A DNA stretch of 64,000 nt, from assembly GCA_963697895.1 (NCBI GenBank), contig OY969100.1:320001-384000 (forward strand), in the 5' to 3' direction. The translations under genes were made by a program, and so were the position numbers. The notes beneath the pieces were generated by a model. It made no database searches. It saw only the letters and a list, made by a program, of their open reading frames with translations, and was not told the origin of the DNA. The first letter of the stretch is position 1; each line of letters begins with the position of its first letter. The stretch is from an uncultured Methanomicrobiales archaeon (GTDB lineage: Archaea; Halobacteriota; Methanomicrobia; Methanomicrobiales; Methanospirillaceae). Of this stretch, positions 52,318 through 62,878 are shown in pieces.

Positions 52318-53235
52318 ATGGATGATTTGTATTGTAGTGGCAGGGAGCCCCGGGAACAGGATAGTCTTATCTTCGCCGATGTCACCTTCGATCATCCGGT
52401 AATCGAGGAGATCAAAGCAGCCGGCCTTACGGCGGTGGATATGCATTATCATACCAATCACTCCGACGGGATGACTCAGGTAAAGGATGCCCTGAAACTT
52501 GCCCGGAAGCGGAGGGTTGGTCTCTCAATAACGGATCATAACGAGATCAGCGGGGTTGTCGAAGCCGCACGCACAGGAAACGAAGTTCTTCTTATCCCGG
52601 GAATTGAGGTCAGTGCGCTTGACGGTCCGCATGTACTGCTTTTTTTTTCTCAGGTATCAGACCTGAAAGAGTTTTATACTCGACATATTGAACCCAACAA
52701 GGGTATTAGTCCCTATCTTGCCACCCGTCTTCCAACAGAAGAGATCGTTCGACGTGCCGAAGACCACAATGCCGTGCGGGTAGCGGCACACCCGTGTGGG
52801 TATTTACTGTTCAATCGGGGTGTACAGCGATGCATCGACCGGGATTGTCTCAGCCCGGATATTATGGATTACTTTGAAGGACTTGAGGTGATCTGCGGTA
52901 CGATGACCCGCGAACATAACGGACAGGCTGCAGAGCTTGCACGGCGGTATCGTCTGGGTATCACCGGGGGAACGGATGGTCATCTCCTCGGAGATCTTGG
53001 ACGGGTAGTGACCTGTACAGAGGCCGATGGTGTGGAGGAGTTCCTCGAGGCAATTATCCGGAGAAAAACCGTTGTTATCGGTGCAGAAAAAACCCTTCTC
53101 GCGAAGGGTATGATGGGGGGCCTCGTCCTTACGCGATATATTAAATATACGATACCCTCTCTGCAGGTCCATTATGAGCAGAATATTCCGCGAATCGGCA
53201 AGTTCCTGAAGAAGACCCGGGATCGTTTCCGGTAA
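52318..53235 (+). CDS. PHP-domain phosphoesterase
   Basis: DMHYHT.HSDG, ITDHN, GIEVS, AAHP, GGTDGH. Confidence 0.88.
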   Translation: MDDLYCSGREPREQDSLIFADVTFDHPVIEEIKAAGLTAVDMHYHTNHSDGMTQVKDALKLARKRRVGLSITDHNEISGVVEAARTGNEVLLIPGIEVSALDGPHVLLFFSQVSDLKEFYTRHIEPNKGISPYLATRLPTEEIVRRAEDHNAVRVAAHPCGYLLFNRGVQRCIDRDCLSPDIMDYFEGLEVICGTMTREHNGQAAELARRYRLGITGGTDGHLLGDLGRVVTCTEADGVEEFLEAIIRRKTVVIGAEKTLLAKGMMGGLVLTRYIKYTIPSLQVHYEQNIPRIGKFLKKTRDRFR

Positions 53236-53536
53236 CGGATGATATCATCCCGTTCCTCGTCGAGGTGTCCATTGTCAATCGGGAAATGGGATGAAATGAT
53301 TATGCCGATACACTCTGATCAGAAAGAATCGATATTTCTTCCATATTCAGTTCTCAACGTGAAAAAAGGGGAAGAGCGTGATAGACGTATGCATAACGAG
53401 CATATTTCTGTGAGGGGTAGGGCGCCATCCTCCGATCTACTGTAAACGTATCCCATGGCGCATCTCTTCCTCATGAGTCAATTATCCTTGAAAAGATCAC
53501 CATGCTTATATGAGGTCGGGTCCGAGAGTTCTTCTG

Positions 53537-54412
53537 ATGAACGGGGAAACCGATCTGATCCAGTCAAGGTATATCGATACACCTGGCGGAAAATACCGGC
53601 TTGTTCTCCGAAAGGAAGATCTTTCTGCATTTTACCCGGGAATGATCCGATACACGATCCTGCTTTTGTCCGGCGAGCGTATATCCGGTACGTTCCGGAC
53701 AAATACCTACGAATATTCCCCCTTAATGCCGCTTGAAGCAGAGCGGGTTGCGTTTCTTATGGCGGAAAAATGGGAGCGGGAGTTAACAGAGAATCCCCGG
53801 GAATTTCTCGATTCACTCAGTCCTGAGCATCACAGGGAGCCGATGGGTTCGATCACGGATGTCGTTGTTGTACAGGGAAGTCCACGTGCCGATGGGAACT
53901 GTAGTATTCTCGCGGGATGGGCTGTAGCGACCGTACATCAGCTGGGAAAAACCGTCCAGGTGATCTATCCACACGATATGGATATCAAACCATGCAGTGG
54001 CTGCTATCAATGTTATAATACCGGTACATGTACGATCGATGACGACATGAATCGCCTTATCATTGCCTTCCGGCATGCATTGCTCGTGGTCATCTGTACC
54101 CCAGTCTATACCAACACGGTCCCCGGGGATCTGAAGATCGTTATCGATCGGTTTTTGGCGTATCACGCGGAACGGACACTGGGTAAAATGGAAAACAGGC
54201 CGAAGGGGCTTCTGTTTTCCGTCGCCGGTAGATCGGGAAGAGGGAACTTCGTCTGCATTACTAAGGTGGTTCATGCTTTCATGCACCATATCGGGATCGT
54301 GCCTGCCGGAGATCTCCTCATCGACGGTATGGATACGCATCGGGATGTGCGGAATATATCCGGGACGAAGGATCAGGTGGAGAACCTGATAAGATCGTGT
54401 TTTCTTTCCTGA
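53537..54412 (+). CDS. Iron-sulfur flavoprotein/flavodoxin-like protein with about 105-aa N-terminal extension
   Basis: GSPRADGN, CSGCYQCYNTGTC (CX2CX2CX5C), TPVY, LKIVIDR. Confidence 0.85.
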   Translation: MNGETDLIQSRYIDTPGGKYRLVLRKEDLSAFYPGMIRYTILLLSGERISGTFRTNTYEYSPLMPLEAERVAFLMAEKWERELTENPREFLDSLSPEHHREPMGSITDVVVVQGSPRADGNCSILAGWAVATVHQLGKTVQVIYPHDMDIKPCSGCYQCYNTGTCTIDDDMNRLIIAFRHALLVVICTPVYTNTVPGDLKIVIDRFLAYHAERTLGKMENRPKGLLFSVAGRSGRGNFVCITKVVHAFMHHIGIVPAGDLLIDGMDTHRDVRNISGTKDQVENLIRSCFLS

Positions 54413-54854
54413 ATCACAAAATCCAGACCTTTTTTTCTTTATTTCAGAAAGGAATTATCCGGGATACCGGCAGATCTCTCCGTTATCCTGTTCTCATCTC
54501 TCTCTTTCTTCTTAATTCGCCGAGTAAAACACACGAATTCAAGGATATAGTCAGGACTTATATCCGGATGTCCTGTGGAGGCCATGATCGGTCTCGATGA
54601 ACGGGACCAAATGTACTTCCAAAGGAAATTGTGACCTGCAAGATCACGCTGGGACAAACTTGCGGTTATCCCCACACATAAGAACGGTAGAGTCTGCAGG
54701 TACGCCTGATAAAAATGGAAAACTTACCGGGCTCATAAAACTGTATTGGTCTGGTATCGAGCGATATCATACGTTGATCACTGATACCCTGAATGAACTC
54801 CAGTGTGTTGGGCGATTGGGGCCGCATTCCTTCTCCAATCCGCGTTAATCAAGC

Positions 54855-56276
54855 TTATTCGTGATTCCTGAATGCCCTGGGTGGTATTGTGATCTCGAAC
54901 CGGGCACCTTCTCCAGGGACTCCAGTCTCCCGGATACCGAGACCGGTTATATCCAGAATTTCCTTCACCAGAAACAGACCGAATCCTGTATTACGCCCAA
55001 AACCACGGTCAAATATACGATTTTTATCCTCGTCAGCGATGCCTTCCCCATTATCCTCAACCATCAGGATTCCCTCGTCTCCTTCTTCCCGGAATGACAC
55101 TCTGATCTCGGTTACCTGTCCCCCATGTCGAAGGGAATTGTCAAAAAGATTGGAGAAGACCTTCTCAAGAAGGGGATCAGCAAAAATTTCAAGTGAACCG
55201 GTCCTGATTCGGAGGGAAATATCCGGAGGAATTACATCCTCCGCGAGCCTGACGACATCCTCCACCCGCTGCCATTCTGGTGCCCTGACACCGAGATCCT
55301 GGTAATCGCGGGTGAAGGTGATCTGTCGGCGTATCTGTTTCGTCGCCTTTGTTGCCTGAAGGCAGTACTCCCGCATCTCAGATTCTAATGGGAGCATTTC
55401 TTCCAGGAGGGTCAGATATCCGAGGACCACCATGATCTGGTTGAGGATATCGTGCCGGGTGATGCCTCCGAGAAGGTTCAATTTTTCGTTCGCTGCCTTT
55501 ATCGCATCCCGGTATGTTCTCATCTCGGTAACATCATGGAGCGTCCCGATAACCCTCACGGGGATCCCAACCCCATTTCGCTCGATTACTTTCCCGTGGA
55601 TATTCATCCATTTCCAGCTGCCGTCTTTCCCCCGTATTCGGGCATCAACTGTAAAATGGGGAGATCTTTCTTTTATATGCGCTAAATATGCCTCTTTGAC
55701 ACCTTCGAGGTCTTCTGGATGGATATAGCCCCGGTACCGGGTACCCACGTCTTTGATCTCGGATCCCTGATAACCAAAAATTTCTGGAATTTCGATGACC
55801 AGTGTCATGTCATCACTCACCGGTTCCCACTCCCACACGATGAGCCCATTGGTATCCAAAGCGATCTTCACCCGCTCTTCGCTCCGGCTAAGAAAATCAC
55901 CATGGATCTCCCGAAGGATTATCGCCCTCAAAATGGATGTCTTCGCCTCCTCCTCCGCTTTCTCCATGAAGAAGTCGACTCCGGAGCAGTATGCTTCCTT
56001 TGCAAGTGCTTCGTCTTTCCGGCTGCAGGAAAGGATGAACGGGATATACATTCCTTTTTTTCGAAGTTCCCTTACCAGTTGGATTGCATCTTTGGCAGGC
56101 GGCTCATGCTCGGCAAAAACCACCCGATACTGACCCGCAGAGACACATTCAAGGGCTTTCTGGGTGTCCGGAATCGTATCAACAGCGACATTGTGCTCAT
56201 CCTGAACGACGCCCTTCAGGATCTGCGGTATATCCGGGTCATCCCCAACATATAGTATGGATATCAGAAAAATCAC
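54855..56276 (-). CDS. Hybrid histidine kinase (degenerate REC-PAS-HK)
   Basis: ITRHDILN H-box, NLFDNSLRHG, EDNGEG, GFGLFL; start GTG 56276 or CTG 56267. Confidence 0.9.
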   Translation of the reverse strand: MIFLISILYVGDDPDIPQILKGVVQDEHNVAVDTIPDTQKALECVSAGQYRVVFAEHEPPAKDAIQLVRELRKKGMYIPFILSCSRKDEALAKEAYCSGVDFFMEKAEEEAKTSILRAIILREIHGDFLSRSEERVKIALDTNGLIVWEWEPVSDDMTLVIEIPEIFGYQGSEIKDVGTRYRGYIHPEDLEGVKEAYLAHIKERSPHFTVDARIRGKDGSWKWMNIHGKVIERNGVGIPVRVIGTLHDVTEMRTYRDAIKAANEKLNLLGGITRHDILNQIMVVLGYLTLLEEMLPLESEMREYCLQATKATKQIRRQITFTRDYQDLGVRAPEWQRVEDVVRLAEDVIPPDISLRIRTGSLEIFADPLLEKVFSNLFDNSLRHGGQVTEIRVSFREEGDEGILMVEDNGEGIADEDKNRIFDRGFGRNTGFGLFLVKEILDITGLGIRETGVPGEGARFEITIPPRAFRNHE

Positions 56277-56605
56277 CCCATCCGCTAATCAGACACCCCA
56301 CCTAATGCCCATCTCAACGGGGAAGAACGATATAGGTTTCGATATGAAAATTCGGAACCTGAATTCCCGAATATACGTTTATGATCCGGGATTGAGGATT
56401 ATTCACCCTTAGGTCACGTCAATCCCAGGCATAGATGATCCTGTGCGAACGGCCCAGGTTAAAAAAAACGATTTGTTTAAACCATTCAACATGCGCGGGC
56501 CGATATATCACGATTGGTGAGAAATTTCGGGGAAATGAAGCATCAGGTCGGTTATCCTGGGTAAAAAAATATTCCCTGTATCCTTAAGTTCGGATATGGT
56601 CCGTT

Positions 56606-57358
56606 TCACCGGAGATCTTCCCGGTCCTGCACGATAAGACCGAGGTATGGCCGTGAACCCGACGGGAATTCCCAGATCATGATCTCTGCCGGAAAACGGG
56701 TGCCGTCCTTCTGAAGCGGGCAGGTGAATGTATAACTGCTGATTTCACCTCCTGGGGATGCCTGGTTAATGCAACATACCTCGAAGATACAATCGCTCGT
56801 AAGTCCGATCAGCTCGTTTCTGGAATACCCGAACAACCGGCACGCGGCTTTGTTGGCATCTACGATCTTCCTGGTGAAACGATCGACCAGGATAAAAGCC
56901 ACGGGGGAAACCTCGAAAAATTTCCTGTATTTTAATGATTGTTCCCGGAGTAATCGCTCATGATCATGATAATAAACCAGCTGACGGATTTTCATCCGGA
57001 TCTCATCATACAGCGCCTTCGGATTGGAGTCCTTCGTCAGATAATAGTCAGCTCCCTGGTTGATCGCTTTCATTGCAACTTTTTCCCATCCCTTTCCGGT
57101 AAGAATCATGAATGGGGTTCGATGGCCGCTGTTCCGGAGCGCGGTGAGCAGATCAAGACCATTTGCTCCGGGCATCTCGTAGTCGCAGATGATCACATCC
57201 ACCGGCTCACGGTCGATACATATAAACGCCTCATTGACCGAATGTGCCTTCACCACTCGTATGTCCCTCTCTTGTTTGAGGAATAATTCCGCAATGTCAA
57301 GGCACTCCGGTTCGTCGTCGACGACAAGAACAGTGATAACCCGGCTCTCCTCCGACAT
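56606..57358 (-). CDS. Response regulator REC + PAS, no output domain
   Basis: VLVVDDE, CDYEMP, ILTGKG, GADYYLTK; PAS ANKAACRLFGYS..KDGTRFP. Confidence 0.88.
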   Translation of the reverse strand: MSEESRVITVLVVDDEPECLDIAELFLKQERDIRVVKAHSVNEAFICIDREPVDVIICDYEMPGANGLDLLTALRNSGHRTPFMILTGKGWEKVAMKAINQGADYYLTKDSNPKALYDEIRMKIRQLVYYHDHERLLREQSLKYRKFFEVSPVAFILVDRFTRKIVDANKAACRLFGYSRNELIGLTSDCIFEVCCINQASPGGEISSYTFTCPLQKDGTRFPAEIMIWEFPSGSRPYLGLIVQDREDLR

Positions 57359-57541
57359 ATCATCCGAGGAATCAGTTGCAGGACATAAAAATATTTTCAT
57401 ATTCGCCTTTTTTCTCGGAAATTGTTGATCGGGTCATGGCTTTTCTCGTACGCAAAATCACAACAGGTTTTTTGAGAATGCTCTTCTGCAAGCAATGCCC
57501 AAAGGCATATTATCAAGCCCGAGACGATATGTACTGGTACA

Positions 57542-58153
57542 ATGGACCGTGCCCGATTCGCAGAAATAATAATTGTGATTTTTTTCGAGGCTATCTTTGC
57601 AGCCTTAGCGATTCAGGCGATTTTCATCCAGGATTTCCCACGCCTTTTCAATGTAATTGCAGCAATGATCATCGCTGTACTCCCTATCGTCTTTGAGAAG
57701 GTCATGGGGATGTCGCTTCCTTTCGGGGTAAAGAGCCTGGTGCCTTTTGCCCTCTTTTTACATGTCGCCGGAGGAATCATGCGATGGTATTGGTTATACA
57801 TGCCATTTTATGATAAGTTCGCGCATCTTGTTGCAGCGATTGCCATTGGGCTAAGTGTGTTCGTTTTTTTCCTTGTCCTTGACTATTACGGGGTAAGAGT
57901 CAGCAAATGGAAGGTGTTGCTTGGCATATTCATTATAACCCTGTTATTTGGCGGAATCTGGGAATTGGGAGAAAAAACTATCGATCTAATGGTAAAATCG
58001 TCCTATAACAACGGATTGATCGATACGATTGGTGATGAGATAGGTAATATAACGGGTACACTTATTGCCATTTTAATTGCAAATATATATATCAATTCAG
58101 TCCCTTCGGGGAAGAGCATGTCGTGGCTTGTCAGAAAACGAGAAACCTCGTAG
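57542..58153 (+). CDS. Membrane protein (DUF2238-like)
   Basis: LH..GG, YDKFAH, IWELGE, DTIGD motifs; about 6 TM. Confidence 0.72.
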   Translation: MDRARFAEIIIVIFFEAIFAALAIQAIFIQDFPRLFNVIAAMIIAVLPIVFEKVMGMSLPFGVKSLVPFALFLHVAGGIMRWYWLYMPFYDKFAHLVAAIAIGLSVFVFFLVLDYYGVRVSKWKVLLGIFIITLLFGGIWELGEKTIDLMVKSSYNNGLIDTIGDEIGNITGTLIAILIANIYINSVPSGKSMSWLVRKRETS

Positions 58154-58308
58154 GGTACCCACGATTCGACCATCCCAATACATTAGGGGCATTCTCGGGG
58201 ACTTTTTTGGTGAAATAATATCCAAAGTCCAAATATTTTGGCCGCCCCACCATTACAATCAACGCAGAAAATGGCATCCATTCCAAGTGATTCAACTCCC
58301 GGCAGAAA

Positions 58309-58764
58309 TTATGCAGGTACAAAGATCAAAAGTTTCGTGACATCATAATATGAGAGTGATAACCCGTTTTCATCGACATTAAAACGGGTCGCATTTCGCA
58401 GGAGCGGAAGGTACGCCCCCTCTTGTACCATCCCCTCAGAAGGTCCGTTACATCCGGGGACTATCCCCTCTGTGATGTTACTGGTGGTCAGCAATTCCCC
58501 GCTGGTAGTGTATGTTCCGGAATATCTCGTGCAGTTGCCAATAGTTCCGTTGAAATGACCGTTTTCGTAAAAATTCAGGGTAATCGGGTTGTCGAGGGTG
58601 ACCTGAATAAAATTCCCTTCCCCGTCGTTATATGAAACAAGTCGCCACTGGTTTTTTGTCAGCTCTCCCGTTGGCGGTGAAAAGAATCCCGTAGTGCACC
58701 CGGTGAAACAAATGGCAATAAAAATCAATACCGCAGGAATGAGACGTGTCGGATCCATGTTCAT
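58309..58764 (-). CDS. META-domain (HslJ-like) lipoprotein
   Basis: Lipobox FTGC; W.LVSY, ITLNF, G..GNC..YSGTY, QE..YL..L. Confidence 0.8.
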   Translation of the reverse strand: MNMDPTRLIPAVLIFIAICFTGCTTGFFSPPTGELTKNQWRLVSYNDGEGNFIQVTLDNPITLNFYENGHFNGTIGNCTRYSGTYTTSGELLTTSNITEGIVPGCNGPSEGMVQEGAYLPLLRNATRFNVDENGLSLSYYDVTKLLIFVPA

Positions 58765-58926
58765 CTATCCGCTTCTGATTTAAAATAATAATTATCTATA
58801 CCTAAATACATTGGGTATGCGGGCATAGGAATTCCTGATTAAGAATATGTGAAGATTACTGCTCTTAACCATGATATTTCGTTACCCTCTTATATGATCA
58901 GCGATGACCCCACTGAGGAGATCTTC

Positions 58927-59349
58927 ATGCTGGACTTGCTGCAGAAGTTTGAGAAGATCATCTATATTGCGTTGGTCATCCTGCTCGCAATTGTTGTCAT
59001 TTTTTCAGTGATCGAGCTCGGATATCTGGTGTTTATCAGCCTCATAAACAATAGTATCCGTCTGGAGACCTATGATCTGCTCAATCTTCTCGGTTTTTTC
59101 CTCCTTGTGCTGATTGGAGTCGAACTTCTGGACACGATCCGGGTCTATATCGAGAAAAATGAGATTCATGTTGAGGTGATTGTGCTCCTCGCGATAATCG
59201 CCGTTGCCCGTAAGGTAATCATCCTTGACCCGACTGCCCTTGATTACTCTCTCCTTGTCGGTCTTGGAGTACTCTTCTTTGCCCTCGCGGCAGGATACTA
59301 CCTGATCAAGCGGGCCGGAAATCCGTTCAAGGATTGGGGAATTTCGTAG
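58927..59349 (+). CDS. PsiE-family membrane protein
   Basis: LLVLIGVELLDTI, AIIAVARKVIILD; ATG after GAGGAG. Confidence 0.87.
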   Translation: MLDLLQKFEKIIYIALVILLAIVVIFSVIELGYLVFISLINNSIRLETYDLLNLLGFFLLVLIGVELLDTIRVYIEKNEIHVEVIVLLAIIAVARKVIILDPTALDYSLLVGLGVLFFALAAGYYLIKRAGNPFKDWGIS

Positions 59350-59550
59350 TTCTCGTATTAAACCATTTAAAATTAGATCTGGTGGGATATTTTAGGGATT
59401 TTTCGCGTTGATTTGACCGGACACCGGGTTTGTATGCTCATTATCTGGCTTCCGATCCTCCGTCCGACGAATCAGCAACTGCTGCAGGAAGTGTATAATT
59501 TTTTTCCGAAGATTTCTATTTAATAAACGATGATTCCGGGCAGGTGTCGA

Positions 59551-61401
59551 TCAGGGTGTATTCCGGTACTGCCCGGCCGGCACATGGATCTCGAACCGGG
59601 CACCATGGCCTGGATCTCCTGATTCGGTGATCGAGAGGTTAGTGATCGAGAGTATCTCCCTGACGAGGAAAAGCCCAAGTCCACTCTTCCCCCCTGCATT
59701 TCGTTCGAATATCCGTGTTTTCCGGTCGCCGGGGATCCCACATCCATTATCTTCGAAGATCAAGATAAGCCCGTATTCCGATTTACGGGTAGATAGTGAG
59801 ATTTCAGTCACTGATTCTCCATGCACGATCGAATTTTCAATGAGATTGTAGAAGACCTTTGGGAGCAACGGGTCCGCATATAGTTCGAGACCATCGAGCT
59901 CTTCGTGAATATTCACTGCCCCAGTGTTGAGGTACGAAAGGCCATCCATCAGAATTTGACGGATGTTCTGCCATTCAGGGGCAGACTGGCCGATATTTTC
60001 ATAATCCCGTGCGAAATCGATCTGGTGGCGGATCGCATCAATAGCTTCGGTCTGAGCCTTAACGAAACTCTGGATCATCGGGTCCGTAGTCTGTTGACGG
60101 GTCAGTTCCAGATACCCGGAGAGGACGTAAAGGCGGTTCAGGATATCATGCCGGGTGATGGAAAAAAGGAGGTTTAATTTTTTGTTCGAGATCATCAGGG
60201 CCTCTTCCGCCTGTTTCCTCCCGGTAATATCGCGGATCGCGAGAAGATTTGCAGCATTTCCTCTGAACTGTATCTTTGTTCCCAACCCTTCGATGATTAA
60301 TTCGCGTCCTCCAGGTATCCGTACGGTGTATTCCTGGAGATAGCCGTCAAGGCCCCTATATACATTCATCAGGTCGTTGATGGCAATCTCCCGGGATTCC
60401 GGTGCAAGAAGGTCCAGACTGTTCTTACCGATGATCTCCTCTGCAGAATCCATCTCCAGTACCCTCCTGATTGTCTGATTCGCAAAGAGGATCGTACCAG
60501 CAAAGTCCTGTATAAGGATACCATCCAGGGAATTCTCGACGAGTGCCCGGTATTTTTCTTCACTTTCCTTTAGCGCTTCAGCGATCAGGCGTTCCTGTGT
60601 AACATCACGACCGCAACCGACTGTCCCGATCATCCGGTGCTCGTCGTTCCAGAACGGGGTCTTTAAAACATCAAGATAAAGGAGATCTCCCTTCACACGA
60701 CCGCACTCCTGGAACCGTCCGGGTTTTTGACTGCTTATAACGACTTCATCGGATTCCCGGCATCGGGTATCGAAAGTATGCCAATCCGTCTCCTCCTGAT
60801 GCCGCTTTCGCTCACGATCTCCAAAGTATCGATCCCTTTTCCCAATCGGTTCATTCGTATCAGAAGCATTCAGGATCTTTTCACAAATCGCTTTGTTACA
60901 AAAAATATACTTGCCATCCGGATCTTTCGCCCAGATGAGATCGGGGACGTTGTCACACATCAACCGGACCATGGAGTAGAGGGATCGATATTTCTGTTCA
61001 CTTTCGACGAGTTCCTGTTTCGTTCGGTTCTGCAACACCGCAAGTTTGATCTTATGGATGAGTTCGGCAAATTGTGCTGACGGGTCACCACCCTTCTGGA
61101 GGTAAAAAGAAGCTCCGTTGTTAATCGCCTCGATAACGACCTCTTCTCTCCCCTTCCCGGTAAAGATGATGAACGGGGTTTTATCCTCTTGTGCCCGGAG
61201 CATCTTGAGGAACTCGATCCCGTTAATATCCGGCATGATATAATCAGATACTACCGCATCGTACTTTTTTTCCTTCATTTTTCCCAGTGCTTCGGCTGCT
61301 GAAAGGGCCGTATCCACCGCTATTGAACCTTCTTTTTCGATAAACAGGCGGGCAAGGGTGAGGATCTCAGGTTCATCGTCGACGAGCAGGACCAATAGCA
61401 T
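59551..61401 (-). CDS. Hybrid histidine kinase (REC-PAS-PAS-HK)
   Basis: LLVDDE, SDYIMP, FTGKGREEV, ITRHDILN, NLIENS..HG, EDNGCG, GLGLFL. Confidence 0.93.
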   Translation of the reverse strand: MLLVLLVDDEPEILTLARLFIEKEGSIAVDTALSAAEALGKMKEKKYDAVVSDYIMPDINGIEFLKMLRAQEDKTPFIIFTGKGREEVVIEAINNGASFYLQKGGDPSAQFAELIHKIKLAVLQNRTKQELVESEQKYRSLYSMVRLMCDNVPDLIWAKDPDGKYIFCNKAICEKILNASDTNEPIGKRDRYFGDRERKRHQEETDWHTFDTRCRESDEVVISSQKPGRFQECGRVKGDLLYLDVLKTPFWNDEHRMIGTVGCGRDVTQERLIAEALKESEEKYRALVENSLDGILIQDFAGTILFANQTIRRVLEMDSAEEIIGKNSLDLLAPESREIAINDLMNVYRGLDGYLQEYTVRIPGGRELIIEGLGTKIQFRGNAANLLAIRDITGRKQAEEALMISNKKLNLLFSITRHDILNRLYVLSGYLELTRQQTTDPMIQSFVKAQTEAIDAIRHQIDFARDYENIGQSAPEWQNIRQILMDGLSYLNTGAVNIHEELDGLELYADPLLPKVFYNLIENSIVHGESVTEISLSTRKSEYGLILIFEDNGCGIPGDRKTRIFERNAGGKSGLGLFLVREILSITNLSITESGDPGHGARFEIHVPAGQYRNTP

Positions 61402-61629
61402 GGAAATCTATCACCTCTATGTATGGAATAGGCAGGTGTCGATGAGAGCAGATATAAGCATAACTGATTATAAGGGATTAATCATACATCAAATACTTTC
61501 TCCGGAGAACAATAATTTTTTTTCTCTCCCCGCAAATAAGGCCAAATCTCCGAGACATGATTACATCCTTGACTTACTCTTCTTGTCTATTCACCAGCTC
61601 TTTTATTCCGGGCGGGAAAAATAGTATCA

Positions 61630-62271
61630 GTGATCGTGAGCAGCAACCATCTGATTCCCACAGATAAACCATCCCGGATTCCGGACACCTGTGAATATTC
61701 GGCGATCAGGGAGATCTGCAATCGGCTGAACGGTGCGAAGACCCGCGGGGAGCTCGGATTACTCCTGGCACAGGAAGTCAGTCGGTACTCGATCTCTGAC
61801 CTGCAGATTATCGGAGGAAGGTTAACCCGCGAGGTGGATATACTCCCCTCACCCTATCGCGAGCGGATTCGCCCGTATTTTACGGAACAGCTCTTCGGTA
61901 TTCATCATATGCTTCTTCAGATGTATCGTAACGGCAATTTCAGGACAATGTACGTACCACTTCCGGATAAGAACCAATCCTTGTCATACTGGGAGATGGT
62001 TCCGCAGGGGTGCTTTTCATGGGATGATCGGGGGGAAAAAAGCTCGTTCGGCTATTCATCATATCACCGCTTATTCTACTACCTGATATCCGGGTTCGCC
62101 ATGCTGGTCCTGGATAGACCGGGGCATCCGGTCGGAACGCCGTTTCCCGGGGGTTTTTTTGTAGAAAAAAAAAGTGACGAATACCGTTGTCCGGTCCGGG
62201 ATAAAGAAAAAGATGTTTATTTTTCAATATGTAACTATTGCCCGGCAAAACAAAGCGATATGCCACGGTAG
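61630..62271 (+). CDS. DUF2115 (UPF0305) methanogen protein
   Basis: YSISDL, LP.PYR, PGHPVGTPFPGG, CPVRDK....SICNYCPAKQ. Confidence 0.85.
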   Translation: MIVSSNHLIPTDKPSRIPDTCEYSAIREICNRLNGAKTRGELGLLLAQEVSRYSISDLQIIGGRLTREVDILPSPYRERIRPYFTEQLFGIHHMLLQMYRNGNFRTMYVPLPDKNQSLSYWEMVPQGCFSWDDRGEKSSFGYSSYHRLFYYLISGFAMLVLDRPGHPVGTPFPGGFFVEKKSDEYRCPVRDKEKDVYFSICNYCPAKQSDMPR

Positions 62272-62404
62272 CGTAATGAGGGACCTTAAATCCCAAAGAC
62301 AGGAATAGTTAAGGCTTGGCCGCGATTTGTACCAGTACCCTTCGAGCTTTGTCATTTCTTACCCGGGAGACATATTTGCCGCACGCTCGTCGACAAAATC
62401 CTCT

Positions 62405-62746
62405 TCAGGTTCGAATATAGGCATATCCTTCCCGCTGTCTCCTTACCAGCTCTCCGACCCCGGACGGTACAGGTTCGACGAAAGGCATAATCCCCTCACG
62501 GGACAGGTTGCGGATTCGCATGCTGTTGGCGCACGCGGTGAACCGCACCCCTTCGCCCGACAGTAGGCCGGCCTCCTCCAAATGGGGTCCGTTTTGCTTG
62601 ACAGCATAGACACCATCGCTGTTAGCCATAACTTCCACGATAACGGAACCAATCCCCGGGTCTGCAAAAAGGTTCCGGATCTCATCGAGAATTACACCGA
62701 ACCGATCCGGCTCGGCCAGGTGGAATATAACGAAGTTCGATTCCAT
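62405..62746 (-). CDS. DsrE-family protein
   Basis: VIFH, VEVMANSDGV, FTACANSM, VPSGVGELVRRQREGYAYIR. Confidence 0.88.
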   Translation of the reverse strand: MESNFVIFHLAEPDRFGVILDEIRNLFADPGIGSVIVEVMANSDGVYAVKQNGPHLEEAGLLSGEGVRFTACANSMRIRNLSREGIMPFVEPVPSGVGELVRRQREGYAYIRT

Positions 62747-62878
62747 GTTGATTCCTCTTCCAGATCGTGTCGGGGGGAGATGAATGTATCCGTATAATGT
62801 TCGAAATTGAGGGTGCTATTTGAAGGAGGAATGTATCCTTTCCCCTTTATGGTAAATGTCAACCTCCCATCTGTAATT

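Noticed and set aside
54584-54848. Short ORFs after a GGAGG (16 aa and 83 aa)
   Set aside because: RBS spacing is poor and no motif is recognisable; may be a gene remnant but cannot be supported
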